A DNA stretch of 64,000 nt from Ignavibacteriales bacterium (GCA_037441705.1 JBBIRR010000001.1:276-64275); one strand, 5' to 3'. Positions 1 through 10,237 are shown, numbered from the stretch's first letter. The notes: a model not told the origin generated them from the sequence alone. Numbers and translations: made by a program.

Positions 1-2004
1 GCAGGAGAGGAGCTGGAAACATCGGCAGGTCTCGTGATCGAACCGCTCAGCCGAACAAGGTTCTCGGCCGCCGATACTGTCCGATTCAGGGCAATCGTGA
101 AGAACTTCGGTACGTTTGCCGAGTCCACCTATCAGGTCGGCTGGTCGATCAACGGTGTGAATCAGACTCCGGTGAGCAACACGCGGCCTCTCGCTCCTGG
201 AGCTCAAGACACCTTCCAACTCCAGTGGAACCAGGCTGAGAACGGCATGCACGTTGCCCGTGCGTGGACAATCCTCGCCACCGACGGTAACCGCGGAAAC
301 GACACAGCAACGCTTTCCTTCTCTGTCGGTTTGATTCCGGGCGACACGCTCTATACGTTCGTGGTGCCGAATCAGATCATCCTGGGCGTTGCGAAGTTCC
401 GTACGTCAAACAAGCTGGCCTTTACCAGCGGAGGACAAAGCTCTGCCATCGTTGAGGACAACAAGTGGATCATCACCGATCTCTACGGAACCATTCTTGA
501 CACGACGCATCCGCAGGTGAACCCGACCGCGGGACAGGGATTTGGCTTCCGCGATCTGGCGTGGGATGGACGCTGGTTGTTAACAAGCGATGACGTACGG
601 CTGCGGCGCATTGACACGACAACCTTTACGGAACTCCTTCCCCCCATCGTGACGCAGACAAATCCGAATCGTGGTATTGCCGTGCAGAACCCCAACCGCA
701 TCTGGGTCTCCAACTTTACCACGAACCCGATACGCATCTACGACACAACGGGAGCGATTATCAGAACCGTCGGGACGCCGCCCGTTGCGCCGTACGGACT
801 GGGATGGGATCCGTGGACCAGCCGGAACCGTGCCTGGTTGTGGTATCCCGAGCCATCAACGACGGGAACCAGCAGGTTGTCCAAGGTTGATACCAACACG
901 GCTGCCATCGTGCAGACGTTCGTCTACACGCCGATTGTCCCAACAGGAACGGTCGGCGGCATAGACATCGTGAACGACCACCCAGACTATCCGGGCGCGG
1001 TAGTTGCGTTCATGATCATTCAGAATTTCCCCACCAGCAGAGTCCTGGTCATCTATCTCGGTCGGGACAGCACTGCCGTGCAGGGATTCTCGGACAACTT
1101 TGAACGATACACGGTTGGCCAGCGCCTCGCGTGTCAGAACCCTGTCGACTGGACAACGTGGAGCAACCTCCCGTGCAACACAACGGAGGACCCGTTGATT
1201 TCCAGCAACTACGCATACAGCGGAACGAAGTCGGTGGTCATCGCTCAGAACAACGATCTGGTCAAGCCGCTGAGCAACGATACGACCGGCGTTCACAGAG
1301 CAACGTGGAAATTCTACATTCCCACCGGAAAGGCCGGGTACTTTAACACGTTGGGAACGTTTGCGGGCGCTAGTTCGAACTGGGCGATGCAAGTCTACTT
1401 CGACGTGGGCGGTGGTGGGCGAATCTTCGCGGGCTCTTCGACCGCGGGGACCTTCACCTATACCTACAACGCGTGGCACACCTCCGAGGTGATCGCCAAC
1501 CTCGATGCCGACACAGGCAAGTTCTACATCGATGGCGTGTTGATTCGCTCCTGGCGATGGACGGCCGGAACATTCGGCCAGGGCGGCCCGCGCCGGATGC
1601 ATGCAAACAACTTCTACGGCGCAACCGCCAACGACGAGATGTACGTTGATGACTATCAATACTCCACCATTACCGTCGGTGTGCAGGAAGAGAACGAGCA
1701 GATTCCGGATCACTACGCGTTGGAACAGAACTATCCCAATCCGTTCAACCCAACGACTATGATTCGGTATAAGCTCCCGGTAAGCGCAAGCGTGCAACTG
1801 ACCGTGTACAATATTCTCGGTCAGCGTGTAGCAACGCTGCGCGATGAAGTACAGAGTGCCGGCACCTACGAGCTTGTGTGGAATGCCAGAAATGATCTCG
1901 GCGTCCAGCTCGCCAGCGGTGTGTACTTCTACCGCCTCGAGGCGCGGCCCACGGACGGCGGCGCGCCCTTCATGAACATCAGAAAGATGATACTGCTCAA
2001 ATAG
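1..2004 (+). CDS. T9SS C-terminal sorting domain (Por_Secre_tail) secreted protein, 5' partial; passenger has a CARDB-like region and a LamG/concanavalin-like jelly-roll region
   Basis: The reading frame is open back to nt 1 with no stop upstream of the GTG at 34, so the gene is probably truncated by the window edge. The last ~85 aa (NYPNPFNPTT...VYNILGQRVA...GVYFYRLEA...) is the canonical T9SS CTD. ORF track 34..2004. Confidence 0.7.
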   Translation, partial: AGEELETSAGLVIEPLSRTRFSAADTVRFRAIVKNFGTFAESTYQVGWSINGVNQTPVSNTRPLAPGAQDTFQLQWNQAENGMHVARAWTILATDGNRGNDTATLSFSVGLIPGDTLYTFVVPNQIILGVAKFRTSNKLAFTSGGQSSAIVEDNKWIITDLYGTILDTTHPQVNPTAGQGFGFRDLAWDGRWLLTSDDVRLRRIDTTTFTELLPPIVTQTNPNRGIAVQNPNRIWVSNFTTNPIRIYDTTGAIIRTVGTPPVAPYGLGWDPWTSRNRAWLWYPEPSTTGTSRLSKVDTNTAAIVQTFVYTPIVPTGTVGGIDIVNDHPDYPGAVVAFMIIQNFPTSRVLVIYLGRDSTAVQGFSDNFERYTVGQRLACQNPVDWTTWSNLPCNTTEDPLISSNYAYSGTKSVVIAQNNDLVKPLSNDTTGVHRATWKFYIPTGKAGYFNTLGTFAGASSNWAMQVYFDVGGGGRIFAGSSTAGTFTYTYNAWHTSEVIANLDADTGKFYIDGVLIRSWRWTAGTFGQGGPRRMHANNFYGATANDEMYVDDYQYSTITVGVQEENEQIPDHYALEQNYPNPFNPTTMIRYKLPVSASVQLTVYNILGQRVATLRDEVQSAGTYELVWNARNDLGVQLASGVYFYRLEARPTDGGAPFMNIRKMILLK

Positions 2005-2077
2005 TATCAAATGCCACCACGTGTCGGCCTTTCATCGGGCCGACACGGACGGTGTCTGTCCTCGGGCAGTTTTTCAG

Positions 2078-2115
2078 GCTCTGCTCGCATGCACGCGGGC
2101 AGAGCCTTTTTGTTT
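2078..2115 (+). terminator. Rho-independent terminator after gene 1, preceded by a second perfect hairpin at 2021..2046
   Basis: GGCTCTGC...GCAGAGCC stem followed by TTTTTGTTT. Upstream inverted repeat GTGTCGGCC/GGCCGACAC. Confidence 0.6.
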
Positions 2116-2433
2116 CCTGCATGCCTTTTTTCAGCTCATCATTGACTTTCCTTTGCAGAATGTCTATGTTGACCAGGGTCATGTCACGTGAATAATTCTG
2201 TTCTTTCGCATCTCTATGAGCGACGTTTCCAAAAAACCGGACATTCATTGCTTCTTCCCACCAGTATGCGATGTGCCGGCACATTTGCTCACGCGGACAT
2301 GCTCTCACCATCCTTCCCTCATTCCGATCGTTCACGCCCTCATGCACAAGAGCAGAAAGGAGGGTAGGACTTTCCTGTAAACACGATTTTCTCAGCTAAC
2401 GGTTTTCACAATCCATTTTCAACAATAAGGAGC

Positions 2434-4320
2434 TTGCTCATGCGTTCTTTGACATACTGTCTCCGATTTCTGGTGGTCGTTTGCCTTGTTGGTCTTGCAT
2501 CACGTGCGCGTGCGGAAGGAAGCAATGCAGGCGTCGATCGCTCGACCAACGTTGATCGCAAAACAAACAGCGGCATGGTGACGATACCTCTCGGCATCAC
2601 TTCAACGTCGCGTGCGGTTGCGATGGACGTTCGCAATCAGCGGGAGGTGAAGATTTCGCTTGCCAATGGATCGGTTACACAATTCGGCATTGCTACGGGC
2701 GGTCGCCCATTCTTTGGGGGTGATTTCGATGGGAGCGGCACGTGGTACGTCGTTTCCAGTCCCGATACGCTGTACTCTGTAGATACAACGACGGGTGCGT
2801 TCACTTCGTTGGGTCAGATCACGGGTCTTCCGGCGGGCAGCAATACCAGCGGACTCACCTGGGACTATTCCACCAACACCATGTACTTGTGTAATCTGTC
2901 GGGCGGCATTGCAACGTTGTACACACTCAACGTCGCCTCACGCGTCGCAACGCCGGTGGGTGCCATCCTGACGGGAATCGTCATCGACATTGCTGCGAGC
3001 AATTCCGGTCAGCTCTACGGTATCAAGTTTGCGGGCACGGCCGGCGTATCGGATTCGCTGATCAGCATCAACAAGGCGACGGGGGCAGCAACCACAGTGG
3101 GACCGCTGGGGGTTGATGTGAATTTTGCCCATGGCCTCGACTTCGATCCGGTGACGGACTCGTTGTTCTACCCGGGATACATCGGCAGCGGGGTGAATAA
3201 TCTGTATCGCATCAACACACAAACAGGCCAGGCAACATTGATCTCTGCACTGGCGGCAGGAGAGTATGACTGCTTCTCGGTGATGGGGCGACCGCCTGTT
3301 TCTGACTCCCTGCTGGTTATTCTCCACGATTCAACGCTCGGCACGAGCACGCTCAAACGGAAGGCTGATCGCGATACGCTTTTCGCCTACCTGCAGTCTC
3401 TCGTTTCGGCATATCGTGCCGTGTACATTGATACCGCTGGGGCGGCACTTCCCAATCTGAACAATTACAAGAGCATTCTCTATCAGGAGACAAGCTTCGA
3501 CGATGGCGTGGTCCGGTACCTTGGTGTTTCAGGGCGACAGGCGCTGCGTGACTGGTTGAACGCGGGCACTCCCACTGATCGCCGAAGGTTCATCCTCATC
3601 GGCGCCGATGTCGGCTACAACTACAGCCGATCCGGCTCGGGTGGGCGTGACACGGTGCTTGCCCACCAGATGCTGAAGTTTACCTACATCAACGATAATG
3701 CAAACGTCACAGGTCAGAACTCGATTACCGGTGTTACCGTAAATCCGGGACAAGTCTACGCGTATTCGACGACTCCGCCGGGCTCTGGTTTCTGGCCCGA
3801 TGGCTGCCGCCCCGGCGCGGGCAGCAGTGTGCTCTACAAGTACACCGGCCGCGGTGAGACCGATACGGTTGCCGGTGTTGGATATGTCGGCACCGGTTAT
3901 GTTGCTGCAAGCCTCTTTCAGGATCCACGTTACTTCACCGGTACGTTCGGGCCTGTGCTGCGCAGTTTGTTGCAATTCACGGGAGTGATCACAGACGTCC
4001 CGACGTCGTCGAACGAAATCCCGACAGACTATGTGCTGATGCAAAACTTCCCGAATCCGTTCAATCCGACAACAACTATTCGTTACTCGCTGCCTGAGGC
4101 AGCGCGGGTAAACCTGAGCGTCTACAACATTCTGGGTCAGCGGGTTGCCGAGCTTGCCGATGAGGTGCAGGGCGCCGGCACGCACACCGTGCTCTGGAAC
4201 GGCCGCAACGATGCCAATGTTCCTGCGGCCAGCGGCGTGTACTTCTACCGTCTCGAAGCGCGACCGACGAACGGCTCGACTGCCTTCGTCGGAATGAAGA
4301 AGATGGTATTGGTGAAGTAA
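2434..4320 (+). CDS. T9SS C-terminal sorting domain secreted protein with N-terminal signal peptide
   Basis: Signal peptide MLMRSLTYCLRFLVVVCLVGLASRARA. AAGGAG ribosome-binding site at 2419..2424. C-terminal ~85 aa is about 70% identical to the CTD of gene 1 (NFPNPFNPTTTIRYSLP...VYNILGQRVAEL...GVYFYRLEARP). Confidence 0.75.
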   Translation: MLMRSLTYCLRFLVVVCLVGLASRARAEGSNAGVDRSTNVDRKTNSGMVTIPLGITSTSRAVAMDVRNQREVKISLANGSVTQFGIATGGRPFFGGDFDGSGTWYVVSSPDTLYSVDTTTGAFTSLGQITGLPAGSNTSGLTWDYSTNTMYLCNLSGGIATLYTLNVASRVATPVGAILTGIVIDIAASNSGQLYGIKFAGTAGVSDSLISINKATGAATTVGPLGVDVNFAHGLDFDPVTDSLFYPGYIGSGVNNLYRINTQTGQATLISALAAGEYDCFSVMGRPPVSDSLLVILHDSTLGTSTLKRKADRDTLFAYLQSLVSAYRAVYIDTAGAALPNLNNYKSILYQETSFDDGVVRYLGVSGRQALRDWLNAGTPTDRRRFILIGADVGYNYSRSGSGGRDTVLAHQMLKFTYINDNANVTGQNSITGVTVNPGQVYAYSTTPPGSGFWPDGCRPGAGSSVLYKYTGRGETDTVAGVGYVGTGYVAASLFQDPRYFTGTFGPVLRSLLQFTGVITDVPTSSNEIPTDYVLMQNFPNPFNPTTTIRYSLPEAARVNLSVYNILGQRVAELADEVQGAGTHTVLWNGRNDANVPAASGVYFYRLEARPTNGSTAFVGMKKMVLVK

Positions 4321-4351
4321 CGATGTAAGCACTACGCGCCCATCTATGCAC

Positions 4352-4390
4352 AAGGCTCCGTTCTCACCGGGCGGAGCCTTGTTGTATTCT
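4352..4390 (+). terminator. Rho-independent terminator after T9SS gene 2
   Basis: AAGGCTCCG...CGGAGCCTT 9-bp stem followed by GTTGTATTCT. Confidence 0.55.
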
Positions 4391-4581
4391 ACAAAGCGAA
4401 CTCCCAAAGTTTCCCCAACGACCTCCCCTCGGCTTCATCCTTCCGATTCTCGCTCTGCACGATTTCGTTTTTTGGTTGATGTTGATGCCGCTGCGTATGG
4501 AGGACGGTCTGGCATGGTGTTGGAGCATCCTGCTACCAAACTTCCCAACCGTTCACATACAACAATCATAAAGGATGACAC

Positions 4582-5073
4582 ATGAAACACCCGTTCGTTG
4601 CTCTTGCTGCGCTCGTCGGCTTGCTGCTTGCCGGATGTGCCGATCAATCCTCGGTCAATGCACCTATCACTGCAGTGACTTCATCGCACCTCACAGACGC
4701 CGGGAGTACGAGTTTTTCAAGTCTCGCCATCGATGAGGTGGTCGTTGACGAAAGGACAGGACAGCACTTTGCAGTGCAGGGTTCCCTCGCATGCGATTTC
4801 GCAAAGGACGAAGCTTCGTACACGTTGGCGACTGCAGCCTCGCTCATGGTGCTGAGCGACCCCAATGGAAAGGAGTTTAGCGCTGCCATCAACTCCAATC
4901 AGGTTGATCGTGGCCCGTACACCGGTGATTTTGATATCACGAAGTTCTATAAAATCGGAGGCCTGCCGTCGGGCTCGCAGTTGCGGATCGCCCTGCATGT
5001 GGGTGATGTGATTACCGTCGAGTCCATCCGCATTGTTGTAGGTCGGGATGAGATAGGGATTGAGGCAGAGTAG
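4582..5073 (+). CDS. hypothetical lipoprotein
   Basis: Lipobox-type signal peptide MKHPFVALAALVGLLLAGC. No recognisable catalytic motifs. Confidence 0.6.
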   Translation: MKHPFVALAALVGLLLAGCADQSSVNAPITAVTSSHLTDAGSTSFSSLAIDEVVVDERTGQHFAVQGSLACDFAKDEASYTLATAASLMVLSDPNGKEFSAAINSNQVDRGPYTGDFDITKFYKIGGLPSGSQLRIALHVGDVITVESIRIVVGRDEIGIEAE

Positions 5074-5092
5074 TTCAGGAAGCGCGAATGCA

Positions 5093-5130
5093 GAAAAGCC
5101 TCGAAGTCATCTTCGAGGCTTTTCGTTTTT
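5093..5130. terminator. bidirectional Rho-independent terminator between convergent genes
   Basis: GAAAAGCCTCGAAG...CTTCGAGGCTTTTC perfect stem flanked by A-run and T-run. Confidence 0.6.
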
Positions 5131-5147
5131 GGGGTGAAACGTCCGCA

Positions 5148-6488
5148 TCACAGCTCGCGAAGCGCCGAGCGAATGATGGAGAGGCCGAGATCCAGCTCCT
5201 CCCGCGTCACATTCAGCGGCGGGCGGAAGCGAATCGAAAGTTCGCCGCTGGGTAGAAGGATCAACCCCTTCTGCAAGCAGAGTCCACGCAGCTTCGTCCG
5301 CACTTCAGGCGTCGGCACATCGAATGCTGCAAACAGGCCAAGCCCGCGCGCATTGGACACCACCTTCGGAAATCCGGCGGCAAGCTCCTCCAATCCTTGC
5401 ACCAGGTACTGCCCCATGATGCGCGCATTCTCGACAAGATTCTCCTCTTCAATAATCTCCAGATAGCGCTGCGCCCGCACCATGTCCACAAGGTTTCCGC
5501 CCCAGGTGGAATTGATGCGGCTCGAGACCTTGAACACGTTCTCGGGAACTTCATCAATGCGCTTGCTGCTCAGGAAACCGCACACCTGCATCTTCTTGCC
5601 GAAGGCGATCATGTCGGGTTCCACAAAGTGCTGGAATGCCCACATCTTTCCCGTCAGGCCGATCCCGGTTTGCACTTCGTCAATAATCAGCATGGCGTCA
5701 TTCTCATCGGCAAGAGAACGAAGAGCCTGGAAAAATTCCTTGCGGAAGTGATTGTCGCCGCCTTCACCTTGCACCGGCTCGATAATGATGGCCGCGATGT
5801 CGTCCTTGTTTGTGCGAAATGCTTCCTTGATCTGATTGACGGCAATCTCCTCCTCTCGAATCACGCGCGCAAGATTCTCCTCGTTCAGCGGGAATGTCAG
5901 TTTTGGATTGAGGATGCGCGGCCATTTGAACTTCGGATACAGGTCGGTCTTGACGGGATCGGTATTCGTGAGCGAGAGCGTGTAGCCCGTGCGTCCGTGG
6001 AAACATTGTTTGAAGTGAATGACCTGCGTGCCGCGCTCCTCGGTGTATCCTTTCTTGAAGTTTTTCCGAATCTTCCAGTCGAAGGCCGCCTTCAACGCAT
6101 TCTCGATTCCCAGTGCCCCGCCTTCGATAAAGAATACATACGGAAGAAAGTCCGGCATCGCTACTCGTTCGAACACTTCCAGAAACTCCGCCTGCTCGGC
6201 CGTATAGATGTCGGAGTTGGAGGGCTTGTTGACGGCAACGTACGCAAGTTTCTCCAGGAACTCCGGCGTGGTCATCTTCGGATGATTCAGCCCTACCGGC
6301 GACGAAGCCACAAACGTGAAGAAGTCCAGATAGCGCTTGCCGTCCTTGGCATCGACAATGAACGAGCCCTGGCTTTTCTTCAGATCAATGACGATCTCAA
6401 ACCCGTCCACCAGCATGTGCTTGGAAAGTGTCGGCAGCACACGATCGGCGGTAAGGGTTTTCTGTTTCGTTACAGGCATGATGGACAT
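5148..6488 (-). CDS. lat: L-lysine 6-aminotransferase (class III PLP aminotransferase, LAT family)
   Basis: Strong collinear similarity to recalled M. tuberculosis LAT (MLVDG.EIV.DL..S.GS...DA..G.RYLD.FTFVASS..G.NHP...KPSNSD.Y...FFIEGGAL.ENALKAAFDWK...GTQV.H....FHGR.GYTLSLTNT.P). AAGGAG ribosome-binding site precedes ATG (MSIMPV). Confidence 0.8.
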   Translation of the reverse strand: MSIMPVTKQKTLTADRVLPTLSKHMLVDGFEIVIDLKKSQGSFIVDAKDGKRYLDFFTFVASSPVGLNHPKMTTPEFLEKLAYVAVNKPSNSDIYTAEQAEFLEVFERVAMPDFLPYVFFIEGGALGIENALKAAFDWKIRKNFKKGYTEERGTQVIHFKQCFHGRTGYTLSLTNTDPVKTDLYPKFKWPRILNPKLTFPLNEENLARVIREEEIAVNQIKEAFRTNKDDIAAIIIEPVQGEGGDNHFRKEFFQALRSLADENDAMLIIDEVQTGIGLTGKMWAFQHFVEPDMIAFGKKMQVCGFLSSKRIDEVPENVFKVSSRINSTWGGNLVDMVRAQRYLEIIEEENLVENARIMGQYLVQGLEELAAGFPKVVSNARGLGLFAAFDVPTPEVRTKLRGLCLQKGLILLPSGELSIRFRPPLNVTREELDLGLSIIRSALREL

Positions 6489-6640
6489 ACGATTCTCCTT
6501 TGCTGTCGAATGATGTGGATGATTCTGTGTAACGGCAACCCGCACGAGGGCGGCACATCATTGCACAGTCAGAAGAACTCGTTATGCTCGAAGAGACAGA
6601 TGAGAAAGGCTTCGTGTTCACGCATGGCGGCTTCCCGGCT

Positions 6641-8128
6641 TTAGTAGTTGTCGATTTGTGCCCGCTGCAGGCCGCCGCTGTAGTCAATGTACACGGTCTT
6701 CCATTCGCTGAAAAAGTCGTACACGGCCCATCCTCCTTCGCGATGCCCGTTGCCCGTCTGCTTGACGCCGCCAAAGGGCATGTGTGCTTCCGCGCCGATG
6801 GTTGGGGCGTTGATGTACGTGATGCCCGCTTTGATGTCGCGGATCGCCTGAAAAGCGCTGTTGATATCGCGCGTGTAGATGGAAGACGAAAGGCCGTAGA
6901 TGGTGTCGTTCAGAATCGTGATAGCCTGCTCGAGCGATGCGGCTTTGAGAATCGAAAGCACCGGCCCGAAAATCTCCTCCTTCGCAATGCGATGATGGGG
7001 CTGAACGTTCGTGAATACCGTCGGCATATAGAACCAGCCGTCCTTCAGCAGCGGATCGTCGGGCATCCTGCCGCCGCAGGCAAGCGTCGCACCCTCCTTT
7101 TGTCCGATCTCGACGTAGGACTGCACGGTATTGCGCTGCCCCTGGTTCACACACGGTCCGACATCCACGTTTGGATCAAGCCCGTTCCCGAGTCGGAGCT
7201 TCTTGACACGCTCGACTAACATGTCCACAAACTGGTCGTGAATTTTCTCGTGCAGAATCAGGCGACTGGTTGCCGTGCAGCGCTGTCCGGTGGTGCCGAA
7301 TGCGCCCCACAGCACGCCGTCGAGTGCCAGCTTCATGTCCGCATCGGGCATGACGATCTGTGCATTCTTGCCGCCGAGTTCCAGCGAAACACGCTTCAGC
7401 GTTTCACTGGCAACGGCCGAGATTTTCTTGCCCACTGCCGTCGAACCGGTGAAGCTGATCAGATCGACATCCGGATGGCCGACGATGGCCATGCCGACTT
7501 CTCCCCCGCCACCATGAACGAGGTTCACCACACCTTCCGGCACTCCCGCTTCCATCAGAATCTCGACTAACGAATGCGCGGTCGCCGGCGTATCGGATGC
7601 CGGCTTGAACACAATCGTGTTGCCGCAGAGCAACGCAGGAAAGATTTTCCAGGTCGGAATTGCCATCGGAAAATTCCACGGTGTCACGATGCCGGCAACG
7701 CCGATGGGAACTCGAATCGCCATGTTGAATTTGTTCGGAAGCTCCGAGGGTGCTGTGCGACCGAACCAGCGACGCCCCTCGGTTGCTGCGTAGTAGGCCG
7801 TATCAATCCCTTCCTGCACGTCGCCGCGCGTTTCCGCAAGAACCTTCCCCATCTCCTGCGTCATCTGACGCGCAAGCTCTTCCTTGCGGGCAACGAGAAG
7901 GTCTCCGACCTTGCGGAGAATATCACCGCGCTTGGGCGCAGGCATCAACCGCCACGACTCGAATGCTTTGCGCGCTGCTTTCACGGCTTCGTCCACATCT
8001 TCCTTCCCCGATTTCGGGAAGATGCCGATCACCTCGTTCCAGTTTGCAGGGTTGCGGTTCTCGAACGTTTGTCCGGATTTCGCATCAACCCATTTTCCGT
8101 TGATAAGATTCTGAAATTTCTTTGCCAT
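6641..8128 (-). CDS. NAD(P)-dependent aldehyde dehydrogenase; by adjacency to lat, probably piperideine-6-carboxylate/alpha-aminoadipic semialdehyde dehydrogenase
   Basis: ALDH family motifs (ELGGKNAQIV, FGTTGQRCTATSRL, catalytic Cys region). Functional assignment to lysine catabolism is inference from gene order. Confidence 0.75.
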   Translation of the reverse strand: MAKKFQNLINGKWVDAKSGQTFENRNPANWNEVIGIFPKSGKEDVDEAVKAARKAFESWRLMPAPKRGDILRKVGDLLVARKEELARQMTQEMGKVLAETRGDVQEGIDTAYYAATEGRRWFGRTAPSELPNKFNMAIRVPIGVAGIVTPWNFPMAIPTWKIFPALLCGNTIVFKPASDTPATAHSLVEILMEAGVPEGVVNLVHGGGGEVGMAIVGHPDVDLISFTGSTAVGKKISAVASETLKRVSLELGGKNAQIVMPDADMKLALDGVLWGAFGTTGQRCTATSRLILHEKIHDQFVDMLVERVKKLRLGNGLDPNVDVGPCVNQGQRNTVQSYVEIGQKEGATLACGGRMPDDPLLKDGWFYMPTVFTNVQPHHRIAKEEIFGPVLSILKAASLEQAITILNDTIYGLSSSIYTRDINSAFQAIRDIKAGITYINAPTIGAEAHMPFGGVKQTGNGHREGGWAVYDFFSEWKTVYIDYSGGLQRAQIDNY

Positions 8129-8199
8129 GTGCATTGTCCTTGATATTATCGTTCCTTTAGCTCCGGGTGCCTTCGCGGAGATGTGTCGTGTGTTCCTGT

Positions 8200-9495
8200 T
8201 TATGTGAGTCCCACCCGCTCAAAAATGTAGTCAACGTTCCGGATACTCTTTTTGAGATCGAACAACGCTTCTATTTCTTGCCTATTCAAGACACGCATCA
8301 CTTCGCTGTTTGCCAGAAGCAGTTCTTTGAAATCCTTCCCTGTTTGCCAGACTTCCATCGCAGCAGCTTGCACGACGCGGTAGGCGTCTTCTCGCTTCAT
8401 TTGCTTTTGTGTCAATGCAAGAAGAACCGACTGCGAGAAAATCAGGCCGTGCGTCCGTTCGATATTCTTCATCATGTTTTCGGGATACACCAGCAGTCTG
8501 TCTATCACGTCCGTCATCAGTGCCAGCATGTAGTCTAACAGAATGCAGCTATCGGGGATGATGACGCGTTCGACGGATGAATGCGTGATGTCCCGTTCAT
8601 GCCAGAGGGCAACATTTTCCATCGCGGCCAGGGCATTGCCGCGCAGCACGCGCGAGAGTCCCGCAATGCGCTCGCACGTAATGGGGTTGCGTTTGTGCGG
8701 CATCGCCGACGAGCCCTTCTGTCCCTTCGCAAAAAATTCCTCCGCTTCCAGCACTTCCGTCTTTTGCAGATGACGAATTTCTGTAGCGAATTTCTCCAAC
8801 GAGCTGCCGATGACGGCAAGTGTGGCGAGAAACTCGGCATGCCGGTCACGCTGGAGGATTTGCGTGGAGACGGGCGCGGGCTTCAAGCCGAGCTTGCTGC
8901 ACACGTACTCTTCCACTTTGGGACTCAGATGTTCGAACGTCCCGACTGCCCCCGAAATCTTGCCGACGGCAATGCGTTCACGCGCCGCCTGCAGCCGCGC
9001 GATATTTCGCCGCGTCTCATCATACCAGAGAGCAAGCTTCAGCCCAAAGGTGGTCGGTTCGGCATGGATGCCATGCGTTCGCCCGACCATGATCGTGTGC
9101 TTGAACTCCTGCGCTCGGCGCCCAAGCACATCCCTCAGATTCTTCAATCCGCCCAGCAGCAGATCACACGACTGCGTCATCTGAACGGCAAGGCAGGTAT
9201 CCAGCACGTCGGACGACGTCATCCCTAAGTGCATGAAACGCGCGGACGAACCGATGAACCCACCAACGTTCGTGAGGAACGCAATCACGTCGTGCTTCAC
9301 TTCCCGCTCGATCTCCTCAATTCCTGCCACGTCGAACGCCGCCTTCTCCCGCATCTCACGGACGGCCTCGCGCGGTATCACACCCAACTCCGCCTGCGCC
9401 TCGCATGCCAGCAGCTCAATCTCCAGCCAGATGCCGAACTTGTTGTTGTCTTCCCATATCTTGCCCATTTCCGGGCGCGTGTATCGAGCAATCAT
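8200..9495 (-). CDS. purB: adenylosuccinate lyase
   Basis: Full-length PurB similarity (MIARYTRPEMGKIWEDNNKFGIWLEIELLACEAQAELGVIP...). Confidence 0.9.
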   Translation of the reverse strand: MIARYTRPEMGKIWEDNNKFGIWLEIELLACEAQAELGVIPREAVREMREKAAFDVAGIEEIEREVKHDVIAFLTNVGGFIGSSARFMHLGMTSSDVLDTCLAVQMTQSCDLLLGGLKNLRDVLGRRAQEFKHTIMVGRTHGIHAEPTTFGLKLALWYDETRRNIARLQAARERIAVGKISGAVGTFEHLSPKVEEYVCSKLGLKPAPVSTQILQRDRHAEFLATLAVIGSSLEKFATEIRHLQKTEVLEAEEFFAKGQKGSSAMPHKRNPITCERIAGLSRVLRGNALAAMENVALWHERDITHSSVERVIIPDSCILLDYMLALMTDVIDRLLVYPENMMKNIERTHGLIFSQSVLLALTQKQMKREDAYRVVQAAAMEVWQTGKDFKELLLANSEVMRVLNRQEIEALFDLKKSIRNVDYIFERVGLT

Positions 9496-9665
9496 CTTTT
9501 CTTTACAAACGGATCACGACGAGGGGAGAGCCGAGCGGGAAAAATTCCGCAGACCAATGTACGGAAATTACGCCTGAAATGGAATGCGAAAGGCGCAGTG
9601 TCGAGTTTGCCCTTCAGCGCTGCGGGGCAGAGAGGCTTGTACCCGTGTGCGCGTGGAGTAGGCCT

Positions 9666-10220
9666 TCACCATCCAGCAGCAACACCGACAGCCAGCCCAA
9701 AATATTTTGATGTAGCGGGATGCGTGTAGATGACGGTGTACGAGCCGGTCACCAACATACCGACCGGACCGATGACATGCACGCCAACGCCGACCTGCGG
9801 CGTGAAAGCGAAATGCAGTTCACTCTTGTCTTCGTACGTCGTCGCGTTGGGCGCAATGCCGCGCACGCGCAGGTAGTCGAAGCCAACCGCAAGACCAACA
9901 TACGGTGCCACGACGCTCTTCGAAAGGAGAAAACTCGCCCCAAGCGACACAGGAACGGCGACAACGTTGTACTCATTCATGGGTGGAACGTTCGAGCGCG
10001 AGCCCCAGCGGAGATAGCCCGCCGAGCCGATCAAAGCAAGACGCGTCGTCAGGTAGTTCATGTACGTCGCCTTCGCGCCGTATCCCGTCCCCGCCGATTG
10101 CCGGAACTCATCGGTAGGCTCGGCAACTTCTGCTTGAAGAGCAACAAAGGATTGTGTGAATGCGTGTTGAACACCAGCGCAGGAAAGAACTGCTACTACG
10201 ACGAGATGTTTCATAGGCAT
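9666..10220 (-). CDS. small outer-membrane beta-barrel protein (OmpW/OMP_b-brl-like)
   Basis: Signal peptide plus alternating hydrophobic beta-strand pattern. C-terminal aromatic residue (…AGW). Confidence 0.55.
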   Translation of the reverse strand: MPMKHLVVVAVLSCAGVQHAFTQSFVALQAEVAEPTDEFRQSAGTGYGAKATYMNYLTTRLALIGSAGYLRWGSRSNVPPMNEYNVVAVPVSLGASFLLSKSVVAPYVGLAVGFDYLRVRGIAPNATTYEDKSELHFAFTPQVGVGVHVIGPVGMLVTGSYTVIYTHPATSKYFGLAVGVAAGW

Positions 10221-10237
10221 GATTCTGCGAGTGATCG

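Noticed and set aside
856-2010. 384-aa minus-strand ORF antisense to T9SS gene 1
   Set aside because: High-GC antisense artefact with no domain signal. The sense strand has a clear T9SS sorting domain.
1997-2347. 116-aa minus-strand ORF in the AT-richer spacer between the two T9SS genes
   Set aside because: It overlaps two terminator hairpins, has no ribosome-binding site and shows no sequence signal. The spacer more likely holds the promoter for gene 2.
5397-6644. 415-aa plus-strand ORF antisense to lat
   Set aside because: Fully overlaps the strongly supported lat gene. It has His/Arg/Leu-rich low-complexity composition.
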